DNA of 64,000 nucleotides, taken from NCBI GenBank assembly GCA_048128005.1, contig JBEUKZ010000047.1, positions 372,001-436,000 of the forward strand, read 5' to 3'. Made by a program: the position numbers and the translations under genes. The DNA comes from Veleropilina oligotropha. Lineage: Eukaryota. Of this stretch, positions 22,301 to 32,816 are shown piece after piece; within the stretch, counting starts at the first letter, position 1; every line of letters begins with the position of its first letter. The notes beneath the pieces were generated by a model. That model saw only the letters and a program-made list of their open reading frames with translations, was not told the origin of the DNA and made no database searches.

Positions 22301-23013
22301 CTTGGCCAATCAGCTTTGTAAAGTTTCCACCTTTCAGTGTATGTTTGTGCTTGGTTAATTGTGCTTTCCAGGAAAATTGGAAAGTGGTCGCTTCCGCGGA
22401 GGTCCTCACCAACTTTCCAAGTAAAGTCCAGGAAAGCAGATGGGTCGCACATGGTAAGGTCAATGGTGGTAAGTGAGCCTGTAGGTGGATGCATGTATGT
22501 TGGCGATTTGGTAGTATTAAATAAACACAGATTGTGTTTCCCAATAAAGTCCTCTATTTGATGTCCCCGTTTATCTGTATCAGTACCGCCCCAATCCGTA
22601 CTGTGGGCGTTAAAATCGCCACACAATATAAATGGGGTCGGTAGCTGATTGATGAGATTGTCAAGGTCAGTAGGTCGTAAGTTTGTACTAGGTGGTAAGT
22701 ATACCGAGCAGATAGTTATTACTCGGTGAGTCGATATTTTCACTGCTACTGCCTGTAAGTTTGTGTTTAAGTTGACCTGACTGTGTGGTGTTCTGTTGTT
22801 GACAATGATTGAAACCCCCCCTGTTGCTTTGTCACCAGTGGTGACAATGTGATTGTATAGTGAGTGGTCTTTGATATGTATGTTGTCTGTGAGTTTCATG
22901 AAGGTTTCATTAAGACATAATGCTGTTGGTTTGTGTTCTTGAATTAATAGACTGATCTCATCAATATTAGGTTTAATGCCTCTACAATTCCATTGTATTA
23001 TTGTGCCTGACAT
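19330..23013 (-). CDS. B1 ORF2, intact APE-RT-RNaseH-CCHC
   Basis: 1227 aa. APE motifs QWNCRG, GDFNAH, SDHFP. RT motifs YRPIAL, DLEKAYD, PQGS, FVDD. RNase H motifs YTDGSK, SDSLS, WIPSHIGIQGNEKAD. C-terminal CIPC..H..C. Confidence 0.95.
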   Translation of the reverse strand: MSGTIIQWNCRGIKPNIDEISLLIQEHKPTALCLNETFMKLTDNIHIKDHSLYNHIVTTGDKATGGVSIIVNNRTPHSQVNLNTNLQAVAVKISTHRVITICSVYLPPSTNLRPTDLDNLINQLPTPFILCGDFNAHSTDWGGTDTDKRGHQIEDFIGKHNLCLFNTTKSPTYMHPPTGSLTTIDLTMCDPSAFLDFTWKVGEDLRGSDHFPIFLESTINQAQTYTERWKLYKADWPRFQSLCEDQLHSNNFATGDDPISSFSTTLHDIATLSIPKTCPNAKHKSKPWFNEDCRQAIKARIHAISTFKQYPTLQNLNSFRLLRAQARRTIKHSKRESWHSYVTKLNSRSTIKKTWDMIRKISGKHTPNCIKHLKTTNSEANTAKDIANTLADTFSANSSSDNCTPKFSRFKHQKEKTRLNFRSNNTESYNQPFSHKELTDSLNKAHDTTVGPDDIHYQLLKHLPATSLTTLLAIFNTIWETGTFPPSWREATIIPIAKAGKDTSHPNSYRPIALTSCICKTMERMINERLVWYLESNNLLTEYQCGFRRNRSTTDHLVRLETFVREAFLNRQHLVAVFFDLEKAYDTTWKYGIMNDLFDFGLKGHLPNFISKFLEDRNFQVKVGDTLSDIHDQEMGVPQGSILSVTLFSIKINSIVKCISTGTDCSLFVDDFGICYRSTNMNSIERQLQHGLNKLQIWSDENGFKFSKDKTKCMHFCQRREIHDDPVLKLDDFEIPVVDQFKFLGLVFDRKLSFIPHLKYIKAKCKKALNLMKVVSNTEWGADKKVLLRLYRSLIRSKLDYGSIVYGSARHSYLKMLDPIHNQGLRLALGAFRTSPMESLYVEANEPSLTHRREKLSLQYAIKLKSNPSNPAFETVFAPNYENLFQAKPNKIAPFGIRIKPALDNSGIHLGQIKTNHIPVTPPWTLKAPVIDLQLTSLKKSDTETTDYLLKLHDLKLKYSDRASIYTDGSKDAELVGAAAVTGRQCFQNRLPGSATIYTAELKAIELALKFISTSLKQRFIIYSDSLSSLQALREMDRNVIVQEILLKYNNLLPDNDIVFCWIPSHIGIQGNEKADHAAKAASHFNNILNCKLPHSDFKQSINKYINSTWQHSWNECTRNKLQNVQPLLGDWGPSYRPTRREEVVLARLRIGHSHYTHSYLLKGEPPPECIPCATALTIKHILLDCVDLDLARQSYFRANSLQELFNLNKLEAVFEFLKQVNIFYKL

Positions 23014-23071
23014 GTTGGTTTAATGGTGTGTGTATTAAGTTATTTGTTTGTAGTGTTATGTTAAAATTTGC

Positions 23072-24129
23072 CTATTTATTCGGTGGAAGTACGGGCTTGA
23101 TGGGACGTTTTGGCTTGTGCGGGCGATCCAATGGCTGATCGCTTTCCATTGGATCGTTGGCTGGAGGAAGCGGCCCAGGTGTTTCGGGGCTCTCCTCCGT
23201 CTGCCGGTGTAATTTGTCTGCTGCCGCCTTCCCACCCTTCATGGCAGCAGCAACAATTTCGGACGCGAGGTCCTCGATAATCGTGTCGGTATTATCAATT
23301 TGGTCATCTGATGGTTCGTTAGTATCCATCAGGTGACCAAAGCGATTATGCAGCTTAATAGGGTCCTCGGACCCTTTGGGCTGTCGGTCTGTCTTTATTG
23401 TTTGGTTTTTAATGGCTGCTGCCTTGCGAACAGCAGCAGCCTCTTTTTTAGAGTTATGAGTAGTAGGTTTGATTGATGTTTGTGTTGATTCTGATGATGA
23501 TGATGCTAACTTGTTTCGAGATGGTACAGTACTGAAGAATGGTTTGCCAGATGGCCAGGTAATATCAGTTTGCGTCGAAGAGGATCGAGTGATCGGCTTT
23601 TGCTCCGGTGCTGCAGCAATTGCAGCATAGGATCTGCCCGAAGTAGTGCGGGATTCCACCAGTTTCCTGGCATCCGGGAAAGAGATCCGGTCGATGGTCT
23701 TGACCCTCTGGATCTCTTTCTCGTGCTTCCACTTCGGACAGTCCTTAGAGTAAGCGCAGTGCTTACCCTTGCAATTGGTGCACAGAGGCTGTTGGGAGCA
23801 AGAGTCAGAGTCATGACCCTCTTCGCTACAACAAGCACATGCGGGATTTCTTCTGCATCGGTCTTTGTGATGCCCAAATGCCTGGCATTTGAAGCATCTC
23901 AAGGGATTTGGAATGTATGGTTCTACAGGGATGTTGATGTAACCAGCTTTAACATATTTCGGAAGCACTGGAAGGCGGAAGTCCAAGATGATGGTGTTGA
24001 TGGGGACTTTCTTCCCATCCTTGAACATTGTCAGGCGTGTAACCTTGATTACACCCTGACTAGCCATGCCTTCCAGCAGTTCAGGTTCACTGCATCCCTG
24101 CAGGTCCCTGGATCTAATAACTCCCTTGG
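23072..24129 (-). pseudogene. B1 ORF1, 3' half (split by A3)
   Basis: Matches B ORF1 49181-50239. The other half is at 30224-30661. Confidence 0.9.
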
Positions 24130-24447
24130 TTTGATTTGATTTGATGTTTAACGACCACGCCGACACTATAATGGTCATAATCGGGTCGGTCAAGTTAATT
24201 ATACAATAGTTTAATATAAAATGTTAAAAGTTGAGATATATATTTACTTATAAAATATCAATGCAATAAAACATATGTGATAAATAATAAAAACAAATCA
24301 ATATATTTACAAGTAAAATAAACTATGCAAATTTAGATAAAAATAAGATCAAATGTTTGCTAAAAACGAGTATAATAAAAAGTATAATAATAAAATAAAA
24401 TAAATATATATAGAATTTAGTCAAAGGAAATAAAAGTATAAATAAAA

Positions 24448-27400
24448 TTATAACTTATGGAAAATATTTACCTGTTTTAAAAATTCAAATACGGCTTCGA
24501 GCTTATTAAGATTAAATAACTCTTGGAGTGAATTTGCCCTAAAATACCCTTGGCGTGCGAGATCCAAATCGACACAATCCAATAATATATGTTTAATTGT
24601 TAGGGCAGTTGCACAAGGAATACACTCGGGTGGAGGCTCCCCTTTAAGCAAGTAGGAGTGAGTGTAGTGAGAATGCCCAATTCTCAGTCTGGCCAAGACG
24701 ACCTCCTCTCGCCGAGATGGCCTGCAAGAGGGTCCCCAGTCACCAAGAAGAGGTTGGACATTCTGCAGTTTATTCCTTGTGCATTCACTCCAAGAGTGCT
24801 GCCAAGTAGAATTTATATATTTGTTTATGCTTTGTTTAAAATCTGAGTGTGGTAGTTTACAATTTAGTATATTGTTAAAATTTGAGGCTGCCTTGGCAGC
24901 TTGGTCAGCCTTCTCATTGCCTTGGATACCGATATGGCTCGGTATCCAGCATAAAACAATGTCATTGTCAGGTAAAAGGTTGTTATAGTTTAATAAAATT
25001 TCCTGAACAATAACATTTCTATTCATCTCCCTCAGTGCTTGTAAGCTAGAGAGGGAGTCTGAATAGATAATAAAACGCCGTTTAGTACTTGTAGAGATAA
25101 AATTAAGAGCAAGCTCGATTGCTTTTAGTTCTGCAGTATATATAGTCGCGCTGCCTGGCAGACGGTTTTGAAAACATTGTCTGCCAGTGACAGCGGCTGC
25201 TCCTACCAATTCTGCATCTTTTGAACCATCTGTGTATATGCTTGCACGATCTGAATATTTTAATTTCAGATCGTGCACTTTTATGAGATAATCTGATGTG
25301 TCTGTGTTTGATTTTTTGAGTGATGTAAGTTGTAGATCAATTACCGGTACTTTTAGTGTCCATGGTGGAGTATCCGGAATGTGAATTGTTTTAATTTGAC
25401 CTACATGTATGCCTGCGTTTTCTAGTGCTGGTTTTATGCGGATGCCAAACGGTGCAATTTTGTTTGGTTTTGCCTGAAATAGATTTTCGTAATTTGGTGT
25501 ATAGACAGTTTCGAAAGCTGGGTTAGATGGATTTGATTTTAATTTTATTGCATATTGTAGTGATAGTTTTTCACGTCTGAGTGTAAGAGATGGTTCATTG
25601 GCTTCGACATAGAGGCTTTCCATGGGTGATGTGCGAAAAGCCCCTAATGCAAGTCGAAGCCCTTGATTATGGATTGGATCAAGCATTTTAAGATATGAAT
25701 GGCGAGCAGAGCCATATACTATGCTCCCATAATCGAGTTTTGATCTAATTAATGATCTATATAGTCGTAATAAAACTGTTTTATCAGCACCCCATTCAGT
25801 ATTAGAAACTACTTTCATTATATTTAAAGCCTTTTTACATTTGGCTTTGATGTATTTTAAATGAGGTATGAAAGACAGTTTTCGGTCAAATATAAGGCCT
25901 AAAAATTTAAATTGATCTACCACTGGAATCTCAAAGTCATCCAGCTTTAACACAGGGTCGTCATGTATTTCACGACGCTGGCAGAAGTGCATGCATTTAG
26001 TTTTGTCCTTTGAGAATTTAAATCCGTTCTCATCGGACCATATCTGTAATTTATTTAGGCCATGTTGTAGCTGGCGTTCTATACTGTTCATATTTGTTGA
26101 ACGATAGCAAATGCCAAAATCGTCAACAAATAAAGAACAGTCAGTGCCAGCACTAATACATTTGACGATACTGTTTATTTTAATACTGAATAGGGTGACT
26201 GATAAAATGCTTCCTTGAGGGACACCCATCTCCTGGTCGTGGATATCGGAGAGGGTGTCACCCACCTTAACGTTAAAATTTCTATCCTCAAGGAATTTCG
26301 AAATAAAATTGGGCAAGTGGCCCTTTAAACCAAAATCAAACAAATCCTTCATAATGCCGTACTTCCAAGTAGTGTCGTAGGCCTTCTCTAGATCGAAAAA
26401 AACAGCAACTAAATGTTGTCTGTTTAGGAAGGCCTCACGAACAAAAGTTTCCAGACGTACCAAGTGATCTGTGGTGCTCCGGTTGCGCCGGAACCCACTT
26501 TGATATTCTGTAAGTAAATTATTTGATTCAAGATACCAAACTAATCTCTCGTTTATCATCCGTTCCATGGTTTTGCAAATACAACTCGTCAGGGCTATGG
26601 GTCGATAACTGTTAGGATTTGATGTATCTTTTCCCGCCTTTGCAATTGGGATAACTGTAGCTTCCCTCCACGAGGGAGGGAAGGTTCCAGTTTCCCAGAT
26701 AGTATTGAATATTGCAAGTAGAGTTGTAAGTGATGTTCCAGGTAAGTGCTTAAGTAATTGATAGTGAATGTCATCAGGGCCAACTGATGTGTCATGTGCC
26801 TTGTTTAGTGAATCTGCGAGTTCCTTTTGTGAAAATGGCTGATTGTATGACTCTGTGTTGTTGGATCTAAAATTGAGCCTTGTTTTTTCTTTTTGATGCT
26901 TAAAACGGCTGAATTTTGGAGTGCAGTTGTCGGATGATGAATTGGCAGAAAAGGTATCTGCCAATGTGTTTGCAATGTCTTTAGCTGTGGTTGCTTCTGA
27001 TGTGTTTGTTTTAAGGTGCTTGATGCAGTTGGGTGTATGTTTGCCACTAATTTTACGGATCATATCCCATGTTTTTTTAATAGTGGAACGAGAGTTTAGT
27101 TTGGTAACGTAGGAATGCCAGGATTCCCTTTTGCTGTGCTTGATGGTACGTCTGGCTTGTGCTCTTAATAGCCTAAAGCTATTAAGATTTTGTAGTGTTG
27201 GGTGCTGTTTAAATGTTGAAATTGCATGTATGCGTGCTTTGATTGCTTGTCTGCAGTCTTCATTAAACCAAGGTTTATTTTTGTGTTTGGCATTTGGACA
27301 GGTCTTTGGAATTGAGAGTGTTGCAATGTCATGTAGTGTTGTAGAGAAACTTGATATTGGGTCTTCGCCATGAGTTAATTGATGTGAGTGTAATTGCTCT

Positions 27401-28131
27401 TCGCAAAGTGATTGGAATTTCTCCCAATCTGCTTTGCGAAGTTTCCACCTTTCTGTATGTTCTTGTGCTTGATAGATTGTGCTTTCCATGAAAATTGGAA
27501 AGTGGTCGCTTCCGTGGAGGTCCTCACCAACTTTCCAATTAAAGTCCAGGAAAGCGGATGGGTCGCACATGGTAAGGTCAATGGTGGTAAGTGAACCTGT
27601 AGGTGGATGCATGTATGTTGGCGATTTGGTAGTGTTAAATAGACACAAATTGTGTCTCCCAATAAAGTCCTCTATTTGATGTCCCCGTTTATCTGTGTCA
27701 GTACCGCCCCAATCAGTACCGTGGGCGTTAAAATCGCCACACAGTAAAAATGGGGTCGATAGCTGATCGATGAGATCGTCAAGGTCAGTAGGTCGTAAGT
27801 TTGTACCAGGTGGTAAGTATACCGAGCAGATTGTTATTACTCGGTGAGTCGATATTTTCACTGCTACTGCCTGTAAGTTAGTGTTTAAGTTGACTTGACT
27901 GTGTGGTGTTTTGTTGTTGACTATGATTGAAACCCCCCCTGTAGCCTTGTCACCAGTGGTGACAATGTGGTTGTATAGTGAGTGCTCTTTGATGCGTATG
28001 TTGTCTGTGAGTTTCATGTAAGTTTCATTGAGACAAAATGCGGTTGGTTTGTGTTCTTGAATTAATAGACTTATCTCATCAATATTCGGTTTAATGCCTC
28101 TACAATTCCATTGTATTATTGTGCCTGACAT
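24448..28131 (-). CDS. A3 ORF2, intact
   Basis: 1227 aa with all APE, RT and RNase H motifs intact. Confidence 0.95.
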   Translation of the reverse strand: MSGTIIQWNCRGIKPNIDEISLLIQEHKPTAFCLNETYMKLTDNIRIKEHSLYNHIVTTGDKATGGVSIIVNNKTPHSQVNLNTNLQAVAVKISTHRVITICSVYLPPGTNLRPTDLDDLIDQLSTPFLLCGDFNAHGTDWGGTDTDKRGHQIEDFIGRHNLCLFNTTKSPTYMHPPTGSLTTIDLTMCDPSAFLDFNWKVGEDLHGSDHFPIFMESTIYQAQEHTERWKLRKADWEKFQSLCEEQLHSHQLTHGEDPISSFSTTLHDIATLSIPKTCPNAKHKNKPWFNEDCRQAIKARIHAISTFKQHPTLQNLNSFRLLRAQARRTIKHSKRESWHSYVTKLNSRSTIKKTWDMIRKISGKHTPNCIKHLKTNTSEATTAKDIANTLADTFSANSSSDNCTPKFSRFKHQKEKTRLNFRSNNTESYNQPFSQKELADSLNKAHDTSVGPDDIHYQLLKHLPGTSLTTLLAIFNTIWETGTFPPSWREATVIPIAKAGKDTSNPNSYRPIALTSCICKTMERMINERLVWYLESNNLLTEYQSGFRRNRSTTDHLVRLETFVREAFLNRQHLVAVFFDLEKAYDTTWKYGIMKDLFDFGLKGHLPNFISKFLEDRNFNVKVGDTLSDIHDQEMGVPQGSILSVTLFSIKINSIVKCISAGTDCSLFVDDFGICYRSTNMNSIERQLQHGLNKLQIWSDENGFKFSKDKTKCMHFCQRREIHDDPVLKLDDFEIPVVDQFKFLGLIFDRKLSFIPHLKYIKAKCKKALNIMKVVSNTEWGADKTVLLRLYRSLIRSKLDYGSIVYGSARHSYLKMLDPIHNQGLRLALGAFRTSPMESLYVEANEPSLTLRREKLSLQYAIKLKSNPSNPAFETVYTPNYENLFQAKPNKIAPFGIRIKPALENAGIHVGQIKTIHIPDTPPWTLKVPVIDLQLTSLKKSNTDTSDYLIKVHDLKLKYSDRASIYTDGSKDAELVGAAAVTGRQCFQNRLPGSATIYTAELKAIELALNFISTSTKRRFIIYSDSLSSLQALREMNRNVIVQEILLNYNNLLPDNDIVLCWIPSHIGIQGNEKADQAAKAASNFNNILNCKLPHSDFKQSINKYINSTWQHSWSECTRNKLQNVQPLLGDWGPSCRPSRREEVVLARLRIGHSHYTHSYLLKGEPPPECIPCATALTIKHILLDCVDLDLARQGYFRANSLQELFNLNKLEAVFEFLKQVNIFHKL

Positions 28132-28187
28132 GTTGGTTTAATGGTGTGTATTAAGTGATTTGCTTGTAATGTTAATTTTAAATTTGC

Positions 28188-29687
28188 CTATTTATTCGGT
28201 GGAAGTACGGGCTTAATGGACATTTTCGGCTTCGCTTTGGACTGCCGATCCAATGGTTGGTCGCTTTCCATTGAATCGTCGGCAGGAGGAGGTGGCCCAG
28301 GTGGATCGGGGCTCTCCTTCGTCTGCTGGTGTAATTTTTCTGCTGCCTCTCTCCCACCCTTCGTGGCAGCAGCAACAATTTCCAGCGCGAGGTCCTCTAT
28401 AATGCTATCGGTATTATCAATTTGGTCATCTGATGGTTCGTTGGTATCCATCAGGTGACCAAAGCGATTATGCAGCTTAATAGGGTCCTCGGACCCTTTG
28501 GGCTGTCTGTCTGGTTTAATGTTTGTTCTATCTGATTTTGAATGTTTCTTAGAGGCTGCTGCTTTAGGAACAGCAGCAGTCTCTTTTGTAGAGTTGCGAG
28601 TAGGTTTGATAGCTTTGATTGATTTTGATGTTTGAGTTGATTCTGACGATGAAGATGCTAAATTGCTTCGAGATGGCAAAGTGCTGAAAAAAGCTTCGCC
28701 AAATGGCCAGGTGATATCCGTTTGTGTCGAAGAGGATCTAGTGACTGGCTTTTGCTCCGGTGCTGCAGCAATTGCAGCATAGGATTTACCCGAAATGGTC
28801 CTGGATTCAACCAGTTTCCTGGCATCAGGGAAAGAGATCCGGTCGATAGTTTTGACCCTTTGGATCTCTTTCTCATGCTTCCACTTCGGGCAGTCCTTAG
28901 AGTAAGCAAAATGCTTACCCTTGCAATTGCAGCATAGTGGTGGTTTGGAGCAAGAGTCAGACTCGTGACCCTCCTCGCTACATCGAGCACATGCGGGATT
29001 CCTTCTGCATCGGTCCTTGTGATGCCCAAATGACTGGCATTTGAAGCATCTCAAGGGGTTTGGGATGTAGGGCTCTACAGGGATGATAATATAACCAGCT
29101 TTAATTGTTCTAGGTAGAACAGGAAGGCGGAAGTCCAGGATGATGGTATTGATGGGGATCTTCTTTCCATCTTTGAACATGGTCAGGCGTGTGACCTTGG
29201 TCACACCCTGGCTGTTCATGCCTTCCAGCAGTTCCTGTTCACTGCATCCCTGCAGATCCCTAGATCTAATAACTCCCTTGGAGGTGTTCAAGGACCGATG
29301 CGGTCGAATTTCAACGGGAATGTTGACAAATTTCGAAGTTCTAAGGAGATTCTCCGCATGGCTCTTCCTGGCGCATTCGACCAACAGGGTGCCATCTCGA
29401 AGTTTCTTCACTGATCGAGGTTCGCCAGCAAGACCAAGGATGGCCTTGGAGATGGCGAAGGGACTCAAAGAAGTAATTGGAGTAGTTGAGTCAAGTGCCT
29501 CGATTGTCAAGAATCGTGGCCAGCTTTCCGGTACAGGGGGTGGAGGGTCGGGCCTATATTCGGCCTCCCTCTCAGGATCGAATGGGATTGACCGGATAGC
29601 GGCCATATATTTCGCATCATCATCGTCAGAATCAATTTCATTTGATTTATTTTTTCGCCTCTTAATTGCGTGAGTGTGGTGTGCCAT
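28188..29687 (-). CDS. A3 ORF1
   Basis: 499 aa, 3 CCHC knuckles. Confidence 0.93.
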   Translation of the reverse strand: MAHHTHAIKRRKNKSNEIDSDDDDAKYMAAIRSIPFDPEREAEYRPDPPPPVPESWPRFLTIEALDSTTPITSLSPFAISKAILGLAGEPRSVKKLRDGTLLVECARKSHAENLLRTSKFVNIPVEIRPHRSLNTSKGVIRSRDLQGCSEQELLEGMNSQGVTKVTRLTMFKDGKKIPINTIILDFRLPVLPRTIKAGYIIIPVEPYIPNPLRCFKCQSFGHHKDRCRRNPACARCSEEGHESDSCSKPPLCCNCKGKHFAYSKDCPKWKHEKEIQRVKTIDRISFPDARKLVESRTISGKSYAAIAAAPEQKPVTRSSSTQTDITWPFGEAFFSTLPSRSNLASSSSESTQTSKSIKAIKPTRNSTKETAAVPKAAASKKHSKSDRTNIKPDRQPKGSEDPIKLHNRFGHLMDTNEPSDDQIDNTDSIIEDLALEIVAAATKGGREAAEKLHQQTKESPDPPGPPPPADDSMESDQPLDRQSKAKPKMSIKPVLPPNK

Positions 29688-30223
29688 ATTGTGTGTCTTA
29701 GTGTTTCATCACCCGAGGTCCCCGCCCACCCCGGAGCCCAACAAGGGGGCATTTAACAGGTGCGGGGTTCCAGCACCCAATGCCAGGGATACCCGGGTGA
29801 TATACTCAAATAAGTGAATGAATATTAGTGGTGGGAAGTGTATATCCCACCATTCATTCCTCACTTGATTGACCCTTCAGCCACCGCCTTCTGGGATATA
29901 GATCAACGGATGGTAAGTGATCTATGATATGGTATTTTAAGATGTAAAATTTAAATGATGTTATGTTTAGAATGTTAAGTTATCCCAGGGCATGGCGTGA
30001 CAAGCCGATTGATCAGATAGGGCCTATCTGACCTCCCGTCTAGCTGAATCCGAGGCCAAAGTAGTGTGTTGCTTCAGCCGAAGCCGAAGCTCAACTACCA
30101 GGACCCTCTTTTCCAACATCACGGGTCGCCACCCACGGCCAACAGGTGGCTCCCATTTGGGGGGATCTTACCCCTCTGCAGGGAGAGCAGTCGGCATATT
30201 CTAACCCCTAACCGACTGGGGGA

Positions 30224-30661
30224 AATAACTCCCTTGGAGCTGTTCAAAGACCGATGCGGTCTGATTATTACAGGAATATTAACAAATGTATCTGTTCTAA
30301 GAAGGTTTTCCGCATGGCTCTTTCTGGCGCATTCAACCAGTAGTGTGCCATCTCGTAGTTTTTTAACGGATCGTGGTTCGCCAGCCTGGCCGAGAATGGC
30401 CTTGGATATGGCGAACGGACTCAGAGAAGTGATAGGAGTGTTGGAGTTGCACGATTCCACCGTTAAAAAACGGGGCCAGCTTTCCGGTACGACTGGTGGA
30501 GGGTCAGGTCTATAAGGAGCATCTAGCTCTGGATGATAAGGTGTAGACCGGAAAGCGGCCAAAAATTTAGCGTCATCATCATCAGAAACAGAGTCGACGG
30601 ATATATTCCGTCGCTTTGCTGCTGTGTGGTTTCGGCGTTTAGGAGGGTGTGGAGTTGCCAT
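30224..30661 (-). pseudogene. B1 ORF1, 5' half
   Basis: MATPHPPK... up to SSKGVI at the TSD. Confidence 0.88.
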
Positions 30662-31566
30662 ATTTTGTGTATTAAGTTTCATCACCCGAGGTCCCCGCCC
30701 ACCCCGGAGCCCAACAAGGGGGCATTTTAATGGGTGCGGAGTTCCAGCACCCAATGCCAGGGATACCCGGGTGATATACTCAAATAAGATAATGAATGTA
30801 GTGGTGGGAAATGTGTATCCCACCATCCATTACTCACTTGATTGACCCTTCAGCCACCGCCTTCTGGGATATAGATCGATTGATGGTATATGATCTGTTA
30901 CATAAAGTGTTTTGATTGAAATGTATAAATGTAATATTATTAAAATATATTATCCCAGGGCTTGACGTGACAAGCCGATTGATCAGATAGGGCCTATCTG
31001 ACCTCCCGTCTAGCTGAATCCGAGGCCAAAGTAGTGTGTTGCTTCAGCCTAAGCTGAAGCTCAACTACCAGGATCCTCTTCTCCAACATCACGGGTCGCC
31101 ACCCACGGCAAACAGGTGGCTCCCATTTGGGGGGATCTTACCCCTCTGCAGGGAGAGCAGTCGGCATATTCTAACCCCTAACCGACTGGGGGTTTGTTTG
31201 AAGAGGTAAAAGTTATTTATATCAACAAAAGTATAAACATGATAGTCTTTTCACCTGATATTGTACTTCCCCTTTGTATATTCGTGCAGCCACTTATAAG
31301 TCCATCACGACTGTTTTCTTATCTTCAGTTAGGTATAAAAATGATGTTTCAATACCGCAAATATATATATATATATATATATATATTTGGAAAAGACAAA
31401 CGGAACAGGCCCAATGCCAAATTTTATTTTGTTGAGAATTCCAAGTATTGCACCATAGTATTAATAAACTCAGTGTCACTCTTAACCTGTCCATTGCAGA
31501 GTAGGCATCATGTTCAGTCTTACATCAAACGACATATACGGCCTCCCACCGAACCTGGCGTTCCTG

Positions 31567-31875
31567 GAGTGAGTGAGTGAGTTAATTTATCGTCGCTGTC
31601 GGCACTATTATGCCATAGTGCGACGGTAATATTTATTTTAAATAATGAAGATATTAAAAACGATGTTAAATAATATAAAATCAATGTCAAATAATAAAAA
31701 ACAATAAAAGATGTAAAGCAAAATAATAACAACAACAGTAGCAATAAAATGAAGTCAAGCCATAATAAAAACAATATAAATGTCAAATAATGAAATATAA
31801 TAAAACAATATCATAGAGCAAAATATGTAGTTATGGATAAAATTAGAAATGGTAAAAATAATAAAAGCACAATGG
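31567..31875 (-). mobile_element. Family D LINE 3' remnant (duplicate)
   Basis: Copy of 5128-5436. Confidence 0.7.
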
Positions 31876-32499
31876 CCCGTAGGATCATGGTTGCCATTAA
31901 GTCTCCTGTAGGATCATGGTTGACGTTAAGTCTCCTGTAGGATCATGGTTGCCGTTAAGTCTCCCGTAGGATCATGGTTGCCGTTAAGTCTCCTGTAGGA
32001 TCATGGTTGCCGTTAAGTCTCCTGTAGGATCATGGTTGCCGTTAAGTCTCCTGTAGGATCATGGTTGCCGTTAAGTCTCCCGTAGGATCATGGCTGCCGT
32101 TAAGTCTCCCGTAGGATCATGGTTGACGTTAAGTCTCCCGTAGGATCATGGTTGACGTTAAGTCTCCTGTAGGATCATGGTTGCCGTTAAGTCTCCTGTA
32201 GGATCATGGTTGCCGTTAAGTCTCCCGTAGGATCATGGCTGCCGTTAAGTCTCCCGTAGGATCATGGTTGCCGTTAAGTCTCCCGTAGGATCATGGTTGC
32301 CGTTAAGTCTCCCGTAGGATCATGGTTGCCGTTAAGTCTCCCGTAGGAACATGGTTGCCATTAAGTCTCCCGTAGGATCATGGTTGCCGTTAAGTCTCCC
32401 GTAGGATCATGGTTGCCGTTAAGTCTCCTGTAGGATCATGGTTGCCGTCTGTCTCCTGTAGGATCATGGTTGCCGTTAAGTCTCCTGTAGGATCATGGT
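31876..32499. repeat. 29-bp satellite (duplicate)
   Basis: Same length and variant order as 5437-6060. Confidence 0.97.
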
Positions 32500-32816
32500 T
32501 TGATTTGATTTGATGTTTAACGACCACGCCGACACTATAATGGTCATAATCGGGTCGGTCAAGTTAATTATACAATAGTTTAATATAAAATGTTAAAAGT
32601 TGAGATATATATTTACTTATAAAATATCAATGCAATAAAACATATGTGATAAATAATAAAAACAAATCAATATATTTACAAGTAAAATAAACTATGCAAA
32701 TTTAGATAAAAATAAGATCAAATGTTTGCTAAAAACGAGTATAATAAAAAGTATAATAATAAAATAAAATAAATATATATAGAATTTAGTCAAAGGAAAT
32801 AAAAGTATAAATAAAA

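Larger units (their letters stand above)
24130..30222 (-). mobile_element. Full-length, apparently intact family A LINE (A3) inserted in B1 ORF1
   Basis: 14-bp TSD aataactcccttgg at 24116-24129 and 30224-30237. Both ORFs are open. Confidence 0.96.
18995..31192 (-). mobile_element. Full-length family B LINE (B1) containing nested A3
   Basis: (AAATC)n tail at 18995. 12-bp TSD tttgtttgaaga at 18983-18994 and 31193-31204. Confidence 0.93.

Noticed and set aside
19330..23013. Bacterial RT system (retron, group II intron, DGR)
   Set aside because: The APE-RT-RNaseH-CCHC layout with a gag-like ORF1, tails and TSDs is a eukaryotic non-LTR element.
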